Below are positions 63,144 through 64,000 of a stretch of 64,000 nucleotides of DNA, one piece after another. Under the pieces are notes generated by a model. That model worked only from the letters and a program-made list of their open reading frames with translations, was not told the DNA's origin and did not search any database. The stretch spans positions 96,001-160,000 of the IMG/VR virus record IMGVR_UViG_3300045960_000114; one strand, written 5' to 3'. How positions within the stretch are numbered: the first letter of the stretch is position 1; each line of letters begins with the position of its first letter. This DNA is from a virus. A program made the position numbers and the translations under genes.

Positions 63144-64000
63144 ATGCCCCCGCCTGCTGGGATGAGATTCGAGATGCGCCGCATCGAAGCGATCCACCAG
63201 GAGCTCTTCGAGCAGACATTGTCTTTCGTGAATGCGGACGTACTGGAAGGTGATCTGTTTGACCGGGCGGTTAATGCGGTTCTGGGCGTTCTCTTCAACC
63301 ACGCCGAGCGCAGGCCGGAAGGCGCTGAGGACATTACGCAGGAAAAGGTCTCGACGGACCATACCGCGGAAGGAACACGCGGTACGTCGAAGCTGTGGTC
63401 GAAGCGCGCCAACATCCTTGAGGCGCTGCTTGCTGGGTTCCAGGGCAAGACCATGTCGCCTGACGTGCTGAGCGAATGTGCGTGGCGCTGCGCGGCCAGC
63501 CTCGACTGCGTGATGAAGTTCAAGTCGATGAAGGCGGCATTCGAACCTGGCGAACCGGAATGGGTCTCGCTGCGCATTGAGGATGTCCGCTGGGGCAGGC
63601 CGACCATGGCCGGCAAGCCAACGTTCAACATCACGTTTCGCATCTTCTCCGGGCCGTTTGGTGGACTGACCTTCGACCAGCGGTTTCCGTACAAGTTCTG
63701 GATGTACGTCGTGAAGCGGGATCTGGGCTTTCCGGCCTACAAGCATGTCCACAAGAATGAGTTTGTGTTGGGCAGGCTGGCAGGGCTGCTGGAGACGCGG
63801 GGGCTGACTGACACGCGCGATAAGGCGCAGATCAGCGAGTTCTACGCGTCTGGCGGTATGCGGACCTGGAACAGCGGTTTGAGGAAATGGCGGGCGGATG
63901 ATTGCCGGTTGGGATACGGATGGGCGTGCCATGAGTGCACGATGGGCCATTCGCCGGCGACTAAGAACCTCTCTTGCCTGCGTGGGACGCATACGAACAC
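63144..64000 (+). CDS. Hypothetical protein, partial (runs off the right edge)
   Basis: GGAGG RBS. Open frame from ATG 63144 to the window end (MPPPAGMRFEMRRIE...). Not in the track. Confidence 0.75.
   Translation, partial: MPPPAGMRFEMRRIEAIHQELFEQTLSFVNADVLEGDLFDRAVNAVLGVLFNHAERRPEGAEDITQEKVSTDHTAEGTRGTSKLWSKRANILEALLAGFQGKTMSPDVLSECAWRCAASLDCVMKFKSMKAAFEPGEPEWVSLRIEDVRWGRPTMAGKPTFNITFRIFSGPFGGLTFDQRFPYKFWMYVVKRDLGFPAYKHVHKNEFVLGRLAGLLETRGLTDTRDKAQISEFYASGGMRTWNSGLRKWRADDCRLGYGWACHECTMGHSPATKNLSCLRGTHTN

Noticed and set aside
1-64000. Integrase, transposase, IS elements, rRNA, capsid and tail genes
   Set aside because: No recognisable motifs in any ORF. Lifestyle and host cannot be determined from this window.

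Overview
This GC-rich, gene-dense window most likely comes from a large tailed phage. The evidence is a partial terminase large subunit at the left edge (minus strand, absent from the ORF track), a complete replication/recombination module (Mre11/SbcD, Rad50/SbcC, SF2 helicase, DnaB, primase, UDG-PolA fusion, SSB-like, RecA/UvsX), class II ribonucleotide reductase and dUTPase. About 25 kb of short accessory ORFs make up much of the rest. I saw no capsid, tail or integrase gene, rRNA or CRISPR array. The strongest candidate for a new system is a phage-borne ubiquitin-like conjugation operon at 24435-28576: Ubl ending G-C, then a terminator, coiled-coil protein, E2-like enzyme, small ORF, JAB protease and ThiF/E1. 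A second Ubl paralogue with a different C-terminus lies about 18 kb away. Other leads are an orphan RAMP/Cas7-like gene next to a structured non-coding leader, a tRNA-like RNA with an 88-nt variable region, kissing-loop and pseudoknot RNAs, recurring regulatory motifs and scattered heptose/glycan enzymes. All family calls come from motif recognition by eye. No searches or folding programs were run.
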